From Phoronis australis (Eukaryota; Animalia; Phoronida): DNA of 64,000 bases. How positions within the stretch are numbered: position 1 is the stretch's first letter; each line of letters starts with the position of its first letter. The translations under genes and the position numbers were made by a program. The stretch is from assembly GCA_002633005.1 (NCBI GenBank), contig NMRA01000120.1:315056-379055 (forward strand), given 5' to 3'. Of the stretch, positions 52,468-64,000 are shown piece after piece. The notes under the pieces are model-generated. The model made no database searches. It was not told the DNA's origin and saw only the letters and a program-made list of their open reading frames with translations.

Positions 52468-54263
52468 TTGGAAATCTTTTCCATCAAGTAAGTTGCTCAT
52501 GTGAAGTTTGTGGGGCTGTGCACCATTGACAGTATTGACGAGAGAAGTCTTTCTTCATTGACCAATGTTTTTATTGGGGCTAGAGCTACTTTTCCCCATA
52601 AATGTGAACAAGAAAACGCGGTTGTAGTTAATTGTCTGGTTTTTGAGCAACGACGGAGGCCTGCCTAAAGTGAAATTACTGTCAGCTTGTACTGAATTTA
52701 AAAGGACGGAAACACGCGCGTTTACACGCATGCATGTCAATCCACCAATCCAAAATCAAAGTGGACACTTAATGAACAACGTACATGTATTTGACGAACA
52801 CTTTCAATTTCAAATTTGAAAATTTCTGACCTTTACCGTACTATGCTAGCAACCAATATCAGATAAACCTATTTTCTGCTGTTTTGTTTCTTGGTCGTTT
52901 TAATGCATTCACACCGCACTAACTTCATCCCTTTTTAAGTTTGGCAAGTTTTCAGCCCAGACACATCTAGATGATTAAAAATTTCCCGTGGCAACAGCAA
53001 TTTCGCGCTTTCCACATTTGGTTATCAGAAGCATGCATTGTCCCTTAGCAGTACCACAATTATGTTCTGAAATGATTGCGAGAGTACGAAATTCGCTGAA
53101 ATTAAAAAATTGTTATTCATGTTTTTTCAGTCAACACTTACTTGGATAGGACAGAAGAATTAAAGAGGGCGAAGGCAGAAGAAAATGGACGACGAACAAA
53201 GATTTACATCTATATTATTCTGCCGTTGGAGCATAAAGAGCAAACTGCATATTGAGAACATTTTTTGAATATTTGATAAAACTTGAGCCTTCAGCATCGT
53301 CGCGCCTTTTTTCTAGAATGCCCCCTCCCCCTTTACTAAATTATAATTCAAACTTCATTTGAGTTTTCTTCGCAAGCAGTAGCTGACTCAGATACACACG
53401 TACATACGGTAATGATGCAATACACGCAATGCAGTGTGCGCGGGGATTATGATGCGCCGAATATTCGAACCTCTAGCAACTCGCTTGGTCGGTCAAAACA
53501 GGTGGCCGCACGCCTATTAATTTCAGTTGGTTCATTGGGTATACTAATTCAAAATCGCCAAACCTTTATCCCATGGCTCCAACGGACATTTTTTCAAGCT
53601 CGCGCATTCAATTCTTCAAGCTCGTATACAGACTGTTAGAGAAATGCACTGCATGCTGCACTCGGTCGACATTGTTAGATGTGACGTAATTACCGGGCAC
53701 AACTTCAGAAATCGTCTTTTAAACTTTGACTGCCTTTGGTCTCACAGGAGCTCATTTTTTTAATGTTACACTGGCAGCCAATCCGATGAGAAAACACAAG
53801 ACTTTCGTGTACCGACTTCTGCTTAGTAAAAAGTCGCCTGCCATTCGGCATTATGCACGTTGGTGAGCATATCCGCGTGCAATAAGGGGACACGGGGGAG
53901 GTGGGGTCCTAGAGAGTGAGTTTGTGGAGGGGGAGAGGGTGGACTCGACTAAGGGAATCAAAATTTAAAAGCCGATTTTTTCGTTGAGTCCGCAAACTAC
54001 GGTCATATTTAACAACATCGACTGAGTGTAGCATGCAGTGAGTCCGAAGAAAACGTGCATATCCCAAGCACAGTGTACACAAATGTCCGTGCAACCTTGA
54101 AAAATCTTCGTGGAAACGCCTATTTGTCATGAAAAAGGGCCCCGCAAATACCCGTTCCTTTCAGTGCTGAAATGAACACGCGTTTTCTTGAGAGAATACA
54201 TACTGTCCCCTCAAGAAAACGCTATGAACGTGAGTGCGCCTAACTGCTTGCAATAAGCGGTCA

Positions 54264-54510
54264 CTCGCCGGTTCCCTGTGTGCCGCTAGGTGGTAGCAAG
54301 CGCAGGTTTAATTTTCATCGGGAAATTTTTTATACCGGCGTTTCTGATTGGCTGGTCGAATTCTCACGACAGACAGCGCTTTACGCAAACAAACTGGCAT
54401 GACTGATGGAGGAAGTATAAATGTGGTCAGTTGTACAGACAAATCGGTGCTTAAAATTTATGTTCAGGAAATGTGAATCCCAGAAATTGTGGTTGCGCCT
54501 TTTCGGCGCT
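54264..54510 (+). mobile_element. Left-half copy of the 577-bp 9-bp-TSD MITE
   Basis: accggcgtttctgattggctggtcgaattctc ... aaacaaactggcatgactgatg shared with 23948-24022. Confidence 0.8.
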
Positions 54511-55780
54511 TCTTAAGACAAAAATGCATCGAACGTCCGGAAAATCGATAGGACACCGCCGAAAACGCTAACATTAAAAAAGTTCAGCATCAGCGTGAAC
54601 TCAATACAAAAAAATTGACAGGTTGCAGAACTTGAAGTTCCTGACTCTGTTGGTGGCGAAACGCCGGTCTAGTTTCGGGAGAAGCACCGTGTACCTTGAT
54701 ACGGCACCTGATTCACCTGTATTGCCAGACCCCATTGAAGATCATTGTCACCTTATCTTGTGCATATGAGTAAGTCTACTCTGGGTCACACACGGGTAAA
54801 TTTCGAGACGCACTTCATTATCCATGGTCCGTTGCACGACCAGTATAAGAAAACCATTAGGCTCAGTGTACTCAGTTTTTGATGGCAATGTTTGTTTCTC
54901 CCCGAAAGTGATCAAGGGGGATCGGCCGGGGCGAGTTCGTTCCTTTTCCAAAAAAAAAATGCCGGACAGTGGATTACATGAAGAAAAACGAACCTAAGCT
55001 TAACTGTAAATGATTTTCAATCACATTACTTACTTTGGAAAGTAATAAATATTAATCAGAAAATACAAAAACTGCATCTGAAAGTGGAACACTAAAGTTT
55101 ACAAAACTATCCGACTACGTCTAAATATTACTAACAGTAAATTTCAATTATAATTAAAACTCAATATTCACATAAAAGAACTATGAAGCCGTTTAAAGAA
55201 ATTGAGAACGAGAGATCGCGAACTCGTATAGCCATTGGCCAACTCATCTCAGAGACTGAAGTGAGCGCGAGCATAGGTTACAGAAGAGCAGCGAAATATT
55301 TTGCAGAACGGAGTTGTAATCTCGTGCTTCTGATCAATTTTTAATTTTCCTAAAAATAAGATTTCGAAAACTTATTTCCCAATCTCCATGATTATCCTTT
55401 ATGATCATTTCGTTTTTGAAAATCATTTGCAAAAGTAGGCAACCGTGGAATTTTTATACCGTGCCGACTTGCATTAGAGAAAATTGCTGCCAACTTACCA
55501 ATTTTTGTTAGGTCATTTTAAAAACTCATGTAAAGCCCATATATCTAAATTGTTTTATATCTATCCATTATTTCATGTTGAACAAGCTTGACTGCCCATA
55601 TACTTCTCATGAAATAATCTGACGGTGAAAAACGTTTATCCCAAGTTCAATAACTTTTTACACTCGCGACGTGGTGTGAGCCGGTTTGTTTATCGTGAGG
55701 TATTGTTTCTGTTTTAATTATTTTTATTGTCCATTATTTACGTTATTCTAGGCTTTGCGGTAAACAAACTGGGGGTGTTT

Positions 55781-56525
55781 GACTGGGATGGTGGTTGACT
55801 GGGATGGTGGTTGACTGGGATGGTGGTTGACTGGGATGGTGGTTGACTGGGATGGTGGTTGACTGGGATGGTGGTTGACTGGGATGGTGGTTGACTGGGA
55901 TGGTGGTTGACTGGGATGGTGGTTGACTGGGATGGTGGTTGACTGGGATGGTGGTTGACTGGGATGGTGGTTGACTGGGATGGTGGTTGACTGGGATGGT
56001 GGTTGACTGGGATGGTGGTTGACTGGGATGGTGGTTGACTGGGATGGTGGTTGACTGGGATGGTGGTTGACTGGGATGGTGGTTGACTGGGATGGTGGTT
56101 GACTGGGATGGTGGTTGACTGGGATGGTGGTTGACTGGGATGGTGGTTGACTGGGATGGTGGTTGACTGGGATGGTGGTTGACTGGGATGGTGGTTGACT
56201 GGGATGGTGGTTGACTGGGATGGTGGTTGACTGGGATGGTGGTTGACTGGGATGGTGGTTGACTGGGATGGTGGTTGACTGGGATGGTGGTTGACTGGGA
56301 TGGTGGTTGACTGGGATGGTGGTTGACTGGGATGGTGGTTGACTGGGATGGTGGTTGACTGGGATGGTGGTTGACTGGGATGGTGGTTGACTGGGATGGT
56401 GGTTGACTGGGATGGTGGTTGACTGGGATGGTGGTTGACTGGGATGGTGGTTGACTGGGATGGTGGTTGACTGGGATGGTGGTTGACTGGGATGGTGGTT
56501 GACTGGGATGGTGGTTGACTGGGAT
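55781..56525. repeat. Perfect 16-bp minisatellite (GACTGGGATGGTGGTT) x ~46.5, ending at an N
   Basis: Direct read; no variant units seen. True length is uncertain because of the n at 56526. Confidence 0.97.
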
Positions 56526-56801
56526 NGCGGAGTTTGGCAATGTTGAAATGTTTTGTGCCCCCCTCGACCAAGACTTGAGAATTGAAGAGCGCTGTTAATG
56601 AAAACGCCTGTGCGGGTGGTGTGCGGGAAGATTTTCAGAACATGTATTGGTCAAGTCCTGAACAAGTGAAAAGAAAGCCTGAAGTCCCTTTTTCCGCAAT
56701 AGATGGGGCTGCCTCATCTCCGTACAACAGTTCCTTGTTTTTTTTCGCTAGTACACACGGTGGAAGCGATAACCAACTTGCTTATTGCGGTCACACGGGG
56801 A

Positions 56802-57060
56802 CTCGCTGGTTCCCTGCGCCTGGCTTAGCCCAGTGAGCACGCAGATATCACGCAGTGGCACGCGCTTTAGCATTGGTCGATGTAACCTCGACGGTCATTG
56901 GTTAGCTTTACAACACCATGAAAAAATGGCGGACTGTGACCGATTTTTAGCCTTGTTATGCAAGTGGCGTGGCAGCAACTATTTCGTTTCTGCAGTGATG
57001 TTTTAATCAGTAGCCGCGTGCTTGAAGCACATACACTCCCATGTACAATAAACACATGTG
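56802..57060 (-). mobile_element. Right-half copy (inverted) of the 577-bp MITE
   Basis: Reverse complement of ~24195-24447 (aaaaatggcgga...atttttagccttgt...tagccgcgtgcttgaagcacatac). Confidence 0.8.
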
Positions 57061-58561
57061 AACCAGTGAGACACGAGGACGACTCCACCCAATAGCAAAG
57101 GTGTGCAACTGAAGTCTAATACCCATCGGAGAAAAGTCTGCATCATCTGCTGAATATGGCAATTTTCACTTCGAAAATTCACCCCCATCACTGGCCGTCA
57201 TTGTCCAAAAGGTTTTCAGAGATTTTCTATGGGTAAAATTATGCGAGAAAATTTTCACACTGAAGTGGTCACTCTGAAGTAGATTTCCCGTTCACTACCG
57301 GCGGATGCTGTGATTAGTGAGGTTACCCTCAATAAGTGACTTACGAACGGCAAAAGTATTGTCCGAGAACACCTACAAAAGGGGCCGGGAGTCAAGCTCA
57401 TACGGAATTATCCCTGACAAAAGGGCAGTGCTCCTGAAATAAAGCCCTACAAAATGGAGCCTGTCTCAGTCGTGGAAGCTCCTAAGCGCGTCATGCATCC
57501 CCGGCATGTCTGTGTCCCCACTCTCTAAATTCATCGTGGTTGTCTTATTTTGTCGCTGCACGTCAAGTCAAAAAAATCATCGGATACCTGAGCCCTTTAT
57601 ATGGCGGCCTCACACTCAGTTTCAGTCATGAACTGGGTAGGGCTCCTCCAGGGTTCGCACACTCGTTGACCTTCAAAAACAACATGTACACGTAACAAAG
57701 ACTTTTGTTTTCATGTGTTTTTTGTGTAGTTGAATTACTGATGATTGCCAAGCCTAAATCTGAATAAGACCTATTCATCTGCCATGTTTATCACCGGCGG
57801 ATTGGCCCGGGTATAGTGCCTTCTTCTGTCTCACTGTTTGGCAAAACACTTTCTGTGAAATAAATGAAAACGAGGACATAAAGAATAAAGACGTTCCATG
57901 ACTTCCATTTTCTTGCGACGTGGATACACCCTCTATAGATGTCACTAATCAGCTAGTCAAAATGACCAGCTATGTCAGTGCGCTCGTACTTTTTATGATG
58001 GCGACTCATATATCATATATAAATTACTACGTACCATGATGGCCCTCATCTGGACTCAATTAATTTTGTTTGCTGTGGCCACGGACAACGATGCAGGAAA
58101 AATTAATATTTGTTTGTGTGTAGAAAGAGGAGTATCCAATAAAACTTCACCCCGACCATCACTAAATGAAACCTCTGCAAGCTACTAGCTGAAGTTGAGT
58201 GACAAAACCTCAGCGTCACTAGTCAGAGGAGCGGTGAGGATCGCCGGGCCCTGGAATACACAGTGCTGTGACATTTCAAGGTTACGCAGTGCCTTATCCT
58301 TCGACCTGTCGGTGTATTTAGCCAATTTAATACAAAACTAAAGTCAGTAAAAGTACATATTTTCTGAGAGAAGACAGTCTGTAAAAACTGATTTTCGATT
58401 TTGTACCAATCTTTTATTAATTGGGTCACGTGACCATGTCCTTTTAGTAAAAATAGCAAAAAGAGAGGTACGTCTGTTGCAGAACACCGATGTTAATAAC
58501 ATGACCAAATTTCGTTCCATATAAATGTTCAAGATGGAATCTCAAAAACGCTGTTCCTAAT

Positions 58562-58926
58562 GGGGCTATTCGGAGAATTCTCCTCGCGGTGTCGCTGCTG
58601 TACTAGTGGTGATTGAATTGCGCATGCGTGGCTGTCNGGCTGGCGACTGACTGCCGCGAAGTCGACATCGGCGAGTGCCTCAGTTAACAGGCATCGGTAG
58701 AATAATCATGGAAAAATCGTAAAAATAATCACAAACCTTACCTTTGTATGAGGTCGTGCTTACTTTCTCTCATAGAAGCACCCTTTTTACGCAATCTCAG
58801 ATTCAGTTGGCACGGCTGCAAGCCATTTCACCATGTATTTAAAAGGCTCGCGAAATCGAGGCTGTTAATCTATCACCACTAGTACACGCACGCCCTCTAG
58901 TTATTGTAGATTTTCCGAATAGCCCC
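58562..58926. mobile_element. ISL2EU-like MITE (AT TSD, GG...CC termini)
   Basis: at|ggggctattcggagaa ... ttttccgaatagcccc|at, plus inner inverted motif tgtactagtggtgat / atcaccactagtaca. Confidence 0.7.
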
Positions 58927-59167
58927 ATTATCATTTCGTTATTGTTTTATGCAACTTGCGATTTTTTATCAAAATCATAAAAGTCATATTTGTCTATACG
59001 CAAACTAAAATGAAAAAATGAACAATTCGGCTAATAGCGTTTTGGCGAACAGTGCACAAAGCATGTGAAAGTTCATAAGAATCCGACCAGCCATGTCTGA
59101 GATAGGATGTTCCAAAGTTTGCCAAATTTGGTCACTTTTCGAGAGTCCCACAAATACATGTAGTGTT

Positions 59168-59418
59168 CATGCGCGCACCCAGCCTTTAATATGGGAGGGG
59201 GGCTCGAATTTTCGACGATGTGGACCTTTTACCCAAACTTAAGCCGAAGAACTAAAAAATGGGCTATCACGTCCAGGGCTGTGAATTTTGCGTTTGCGCC
59301 TTTTTAGTGGACTTTTTATTTCATTTTCTCGTACTTTTTGTATCTCTGGGGCGGACCTTTTTGTCCATTTCGCCAAATGGGGGTGGGGCTCGTTTGAGCC
59401 CCCCTGGGTGCACGCATG
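59168..59418. mobile_element. hAT-like MITE (CATGCGCGCACCCAG...CTGGGTGCACGCATG)
   Basis: 15-bp TIR with one mismatch; no TSD recognised. Confidence 0.6.
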
Positions 59419-59566
59419 CTGTATGAAAGACGGGAATTGCGATGGGATTGTGGTCGGCAGCGTGACACACAATTGCCACAAGAAATTCGACACTCGTACT
59501 TCTAAACATAGCAACTTCACCAACAAAAACTGGCTTGGTCACATATTTTAAACTACCGAGTATATG

Positions 59567-59701
59567 TCCCAAAGCGGTTAAGAATTCAACATTGGTGGAT
59601 AAACAACGGCCAAATGTAGCTTTGAGGTATTTAACTACTGCCTCAAAGCTACATTTGGCCGCTGTTTGTCAGCCAATGTTGAATTCTTAACCGCATTGGG
59701 A
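59567..59701. repeat. 135-bp near-perfect palindrome (hairpin MITE)
   Basis: 61-bp arms with 5 mismatches around a ~13-nt centre. Confidence 0.9.
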
Positions 59702-60351
59702 TTTAAAGTAATTACCACGCTCATCCGATCATGAATTGTTGCCTACTGAGCCCGGCGGCAACTCAAATCACGTCTTGAAGGTTGACATAAACTCTGAAGC
59801 GTTTTCTTGAGGGATGATTTCGATGTTTTTGTTGGCGACGGAAAAACAATTCTATTGCGGTAATCATGTTATGAGATACACTACCGTTTTTAATCAGATA
59901 AACAGGACGAAATGCGGCTTTATTTTGCGTTGCAGAGAAAGGTTGACCATCCCTGCTACATTGGACTACAGGTCGCATCGAGTGTTGCTGCGGTAGTGCG
60001 TATTGACGCACGCAGACAGTATACCGCCTTTTCAAGTTTTTGCTGCTAAGTGCTACTGGTTGTTTAAACTGGCGGGCAGAGCGCTTTTCGCACCTAATTG
60101 AAAAAGGTGGACAACGTTGACAAATAGAGTTTACGGATTATTTCATAATCACTATACCAGTGTCAGTAATCGTTCCCAGTTTCTCTCGCGTATCATTCTT
60201 GGAACGAAAGTATAGTGCCCTTACATTGGTAAAGTGAGCGGTAGAGAATACCGCCAAATACGAATATACACATGTGCGCCACCTCGCAGTGTCTGATCAA
60301 AAATGAGTTCACACTTGCACACTTAGAAATTAATCGACTATATTCGCACAT

Positions 60352-60430
60352 CACGGGCGGAGCACCATAGTGGGCGGGGAGAGTTGTGGGGGCTATAGTC
60401 CCCACTTGTTTCAGCGCTCCGCCACCCACT
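60352..60430. mobile_element. Third copy of the ~70-bp GC-rich MITE
   Basis: cacgggcggagcaccatag...ggggctatagtccccacttgtttcagcgctccgccaccc. Confidence 0.6.
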
Positions 60431-61305
60431 ATGATGCGACCCAGTTTAGTGGTGAGAAACGGAACTTATGGAGCATTTTATTGGCCGTATGACTGCCTCG
60501 CTGGTCTCCAACGTGCGTAACCAGTACGCGCTAGCTGGCTACTGACCACCTAGCGGCACGCAGGGAACCAGCGTGTATGACTGCTTCACTGAGATACTCC
60601 GCCTCGTTCTGGTTGAAAGAATTAATGTTGCATGAGACTATAAGTTGAAAACGTTTTCAAACTCAGAATCAATATTTGCAACGTTGGTAAGTTAGTGTGT
60701 TCGTTGCGATTTACAAGTTCAGAAGGAACATATTTGTTGGTCGCCGCCCTTTCCGGAGCCGTCCATTTTTTGAAAATTCCACGAGAGGTCAAAAGATAAA
60801 TAAATGTAAAATTTTATATCGAATTTATTTACCTTGTTTGAGAAGGTATGCGCTGTAGATTCTAGTTGCTTTCCTCTGATTGGTATGGTTTTCGTGAATT
60901 GCAGCTTTCCATGTTCCATGCAACACGTTATAACTGGTAAGTGGCTATAATTCCGTCTTCGGACACTTACCGTCATGAAATTGGTCTCGCATTATTCTGG
61001 GTATGAGATGTGATATCTAGACTTGAAAACAACTGACACTTCGCTATTGCTTGAGACCTTCTCTACAAGTTAATTGTTTTGTCATAAGTGGTCGTTCGGC
61101 ACTCTCAGCTGAGCCGCGAGCCAAGCATCGTCTCGAGCCATGGCGAATTGCCAGTATCTATGCAAGACAATTTGAGTTAAGAAAAGAGGTCTAAATCAGA
61201 AGTTATTTTTTTCGACCGAATGTGGGTTTTACTCACATAGCCATTGATTTCATATGCTGTATTTGGCCCTCCACAGGCTCAAAACTGAACTACGAACATC
61301 GAGTT

Positions 61306-61604
61306 CACTGGCAGATTTGGGGGGGGGGGGGAGGGGCGGGCAAGGGGACCATGGCCCCCCTAAAATTCTACCAGATACCATTTGGCAGTTCGGGTGCTAA
61401 TTGGTGACTAGCATATAGGCGCATCCAGGCCTGTATAGGCCCTGAACAAACCCCGTTTACCGTTTTCTTTTAGGCAAACGGTCCGCAAACCCAAAAGTTC
61501 GAGACCCTGCATGCCTACAGTTTAGGCTGGGCGCGCGCGTCAGCCGACATTTTGCTTATTACTGTGTCCAGGCCCCCTAACTCAAAACCCTGGATCCGCC
61601 CCTG
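61306..61604. mobile_element. hAT-like MITE, longer relative of 38812-38950, 5-bp TSD gagtt
   Basis: gagtt|cactggcagattt ... ctggatccgcccctg|gagtt; shares ccatttggcagttcggg with the 38.8-kb copy. Confidence 0.75.
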
Positions 61605-63678
61605 GAGTTAGCCAGGGTCTCTGGTTAATTCTCATAAACTCCGAGTCTCAGTGGTTATAGTTCTGCACTTAAACTAAACGCATATATGGTTGTGACACCC
61701 AAACGCGGTTAAGAAATATCGAGATCCATTTTATGAGGATAACAGGCCTAACTCGGATTTTGTTTTGTAGCCAACTAAACCGACAGCGCGAAATCAGCTT
61801 TGATGCCCATATTAGGAGCTCAAGCCAGTGCCGCCATGAAGGCGGCGTCTACTCCGTATTTCTGGCATACGAAAAATTATTAATCCACGTCTAACGTGCA
61901 CGCTCGAGTGTGGTGATAGGTTGTTGGTCCTCTGCCAGTGGTGCCCTTAGCAAGTGACGTCACGACTCCGTCCTTCAGTCGGTAACTCAGTTTCCATTCA
62001 TTACTTGTTTGTATAGTCTATGCTATTTTCTCGTGTAAAAATGGAGACATGTTTGAAGTGCAAACTAACTTCTTGTACGCCTGATTTCAAAAACACATAA
62101 AACATGACCAGAATCCGCCTAATTGATGTCGACGATGGTTTACAAATTTGTAGACTCTGTATAGATCAATAAATGTTTCTTTTCCCTGTATAGTTAAATG
62201 TAATGAAATGGACTCATATCTACTTATTCGACACACAATTCTGCTATTGTTCTCAGTCTCAACTCAAAGTTGTTGCCGTCAACACCTATCCCGTACTGCC
62301 CGTTCTCCGAGAGTCGGGTCATCATATTGCTAGCATAAGCATTCTATAAATTTGGTACCCCGGGGGGGTAAGCCTAATAACCGCGGCTACTCATATGTTG
62401 TGCATTAATGGAGTGATCGAGGTGTGTTTTTGTGAATCGCAGGATTTATTGCTTTTCATAAAACACAATGTACTGGATGGTACAAGTGTACGTTTGGGGA
62501 TAGCCATAATGCACTTAGAAGTCTCCGGGTCTGTAGTTAGTGTGACGACGCTTTCGCTTTTGATCACATTTGCTCGAAGGCAACTAACCGATTTATCTCC
62601 CTTGTTTATTTCCTTATGAGGTCACTCGAGGTGAGGAGATCGAGAGGATTTGTGGAGTCAGGCGAGTTGTTTCGGATGTCATTGCTTTTGGATTTTACGT
62701 TTAGTTTTTGACAAGGTATGTGTATTTGTACATGTTGTAGACGCACTGCGTGGTTACATTTGAAATTCAGCAATCACTCACAGACAGTGAACATGATACG
62801 TCGGTCGGGGGATTACATGTCGATCGCTGTTTTGCTTCAGAAGCGTCGCCGTTTCGCCCTGTTTTCTGCAAGGCTGAGTATAGGCTACTGTGGGTCTTTA
62901 GGCTGATTGATGCTCCGATCAGTCATATGTCACCTGCGTTCTGAACTGACAGTTGGTCCATCAAGTATGCTTAGCATGGTGTCCCTGCTGTGTATTTGCT
63001 AACCGATCACCCGCGCTGGTGATAACTTTTGACATCAAAAACCATACTTCAGAAAGCCCAAAACGTTCAGACTTACATGTCAAAAATTTTTGTACGTTTT
63101 GATGTTCTTTGATCTAATGATCATGAAATTAAACAAAGTTCAGTCCTATTACCAATGACATTTACTTTGCCACATGTCAAAAATCGTCCATAGACAGCCA
63201 ATGATTGAAAGATCAGCTTAAACAGAGCTTGAATTTTTTTCCTGATTCTGGGAAATGGACTTAATTCGGAAGAAATTTCCTGTATGAGGGAAAATACTTG
63301 TTGATTGTGCTAGTAGGCCACAAACCAAATCAAATTCCCTTAGGTATTTATAGAAGTGTAAATAGTCATATATAGGTTATATTTTGCTTCTTTTTACCTT
63401 TCGTCGTCTGCCAACGTGTGCTCATAGAGTTGGCAAAAGCCGAAAATGAGATGCCAGAAACGATAAACTGGTACACCCAAGATTGCCTGAAGGGCCATGT
63501 TGTGCCCAATATCTCGCGCAGGTACACCTCTTAAGGCAAAAGCGGACAAACAGCATACGTTACCTGTGCATGACTCATGAACCGGCGCTTCCAATTTTTT
63601 GCTGCACGAATCCGACTTCCGTCTGTATAGTTCCCTGTATTATTTTCACTCTATACTCATATGTACATGCTGACTTAC

Positions 63679-63822
63679 CGACAGCCTGGGATTTTTGCAA
63701 TACCAGGTTGCCAAACAATATCTAAAGTCACATGTAGACCCCTGTGCTGCGGAGAACCTTAGCCATTGTGCCCTCCAAGACTTGTTAGAGCTAACATCCT
63801 TCTGACACATTTGTGGTTTCAG
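63679..63822 (-). other. Exon-like 144-nt open segment, Cys/Trp-rich, probably from a decayed transposon gene
   Basis: Acceptor ttttccacag| and donor |gtaagt; open frame LKPQMCQKDVSSNKSWRAQWLRFSAAQGSTCDFRYCLATWYCKNPRLS. Confidence 0.3.
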
Positions 63823-64000
63823 CTGTGGAAAATAGTGGCTGTGCAGTTGTCAGTTTTGTCTTCTTCAGTTTTGCCATAATCAATTATAGTTGTCGTTTCC
63901 AAGCTATGGTTACATCTGGCCAATTTAGCACACAATATGGTAGACTGGTGAAATGCTATTTTCTCATTATTTCATAAATGACACTTAGTTCTAAAATAGT

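Noticed and set aside
55781-56525. Possible CRISPR array
   Set aside because: No spacers, identical head-to-tail units, eukaryotic context and no cas genes.
55738-56571. 277-aa and 265-aa repetitive ORFs (PSQPPSQSTTIPVNHH)n
   Set aside because: By-product of a 16-bp satellite lacking stops on the minus strand. They have non-ATG starts, cross an N, and the same peptide appears in every frame.
63165-63310. Possible Gypsy integrase remnant (ATCQK...QPMI...FLYEGKYLLIV)
   Set aside because: Suggestive but fragmented, with no DDE core or flanking support.

Overview
Eukaryotic (invertebrate, probably lophotrochozoan) genomic DNA from a draft assembly with several N gaps. The only intact host gene is a beta-adrenergic-like octopamine receptor GPCR whose coding sequence lies in one exon (minus strand, 694-2145). 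It has a 5'UTR splice acceptor at ~2315 and two short uORFs next to the start codon. The remaining ~62 kb is probably 5'UTR intron/upstream DNA of this receptor and is a transposon graveyard. It holds: a TTAA-flanked Kolobok-type element with 158-bp TIRs carrying convergent THAP and KolX/P2X7-ballast-like ORF starts, nested in a decayed Hero-clade LINE; a gag-only BEL/Pao remnant; decayed Ngaro/DIRS, hAT and ISL2EU-like remnants; many MITEs with readable TSDs; tRNA-derived SINE heads; a perfect 16-bp minisatellite; and a ~490-bp duplication that is probably an assembly artefact. Family assignments come from motif recognition by eye, not database searches. No prokaryotic features (CRISPR, operons, rRNA) are present, and I found no convincing novel multi-gene system. 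The Kolobok/KolX element and the uORF architecture are the best leads.
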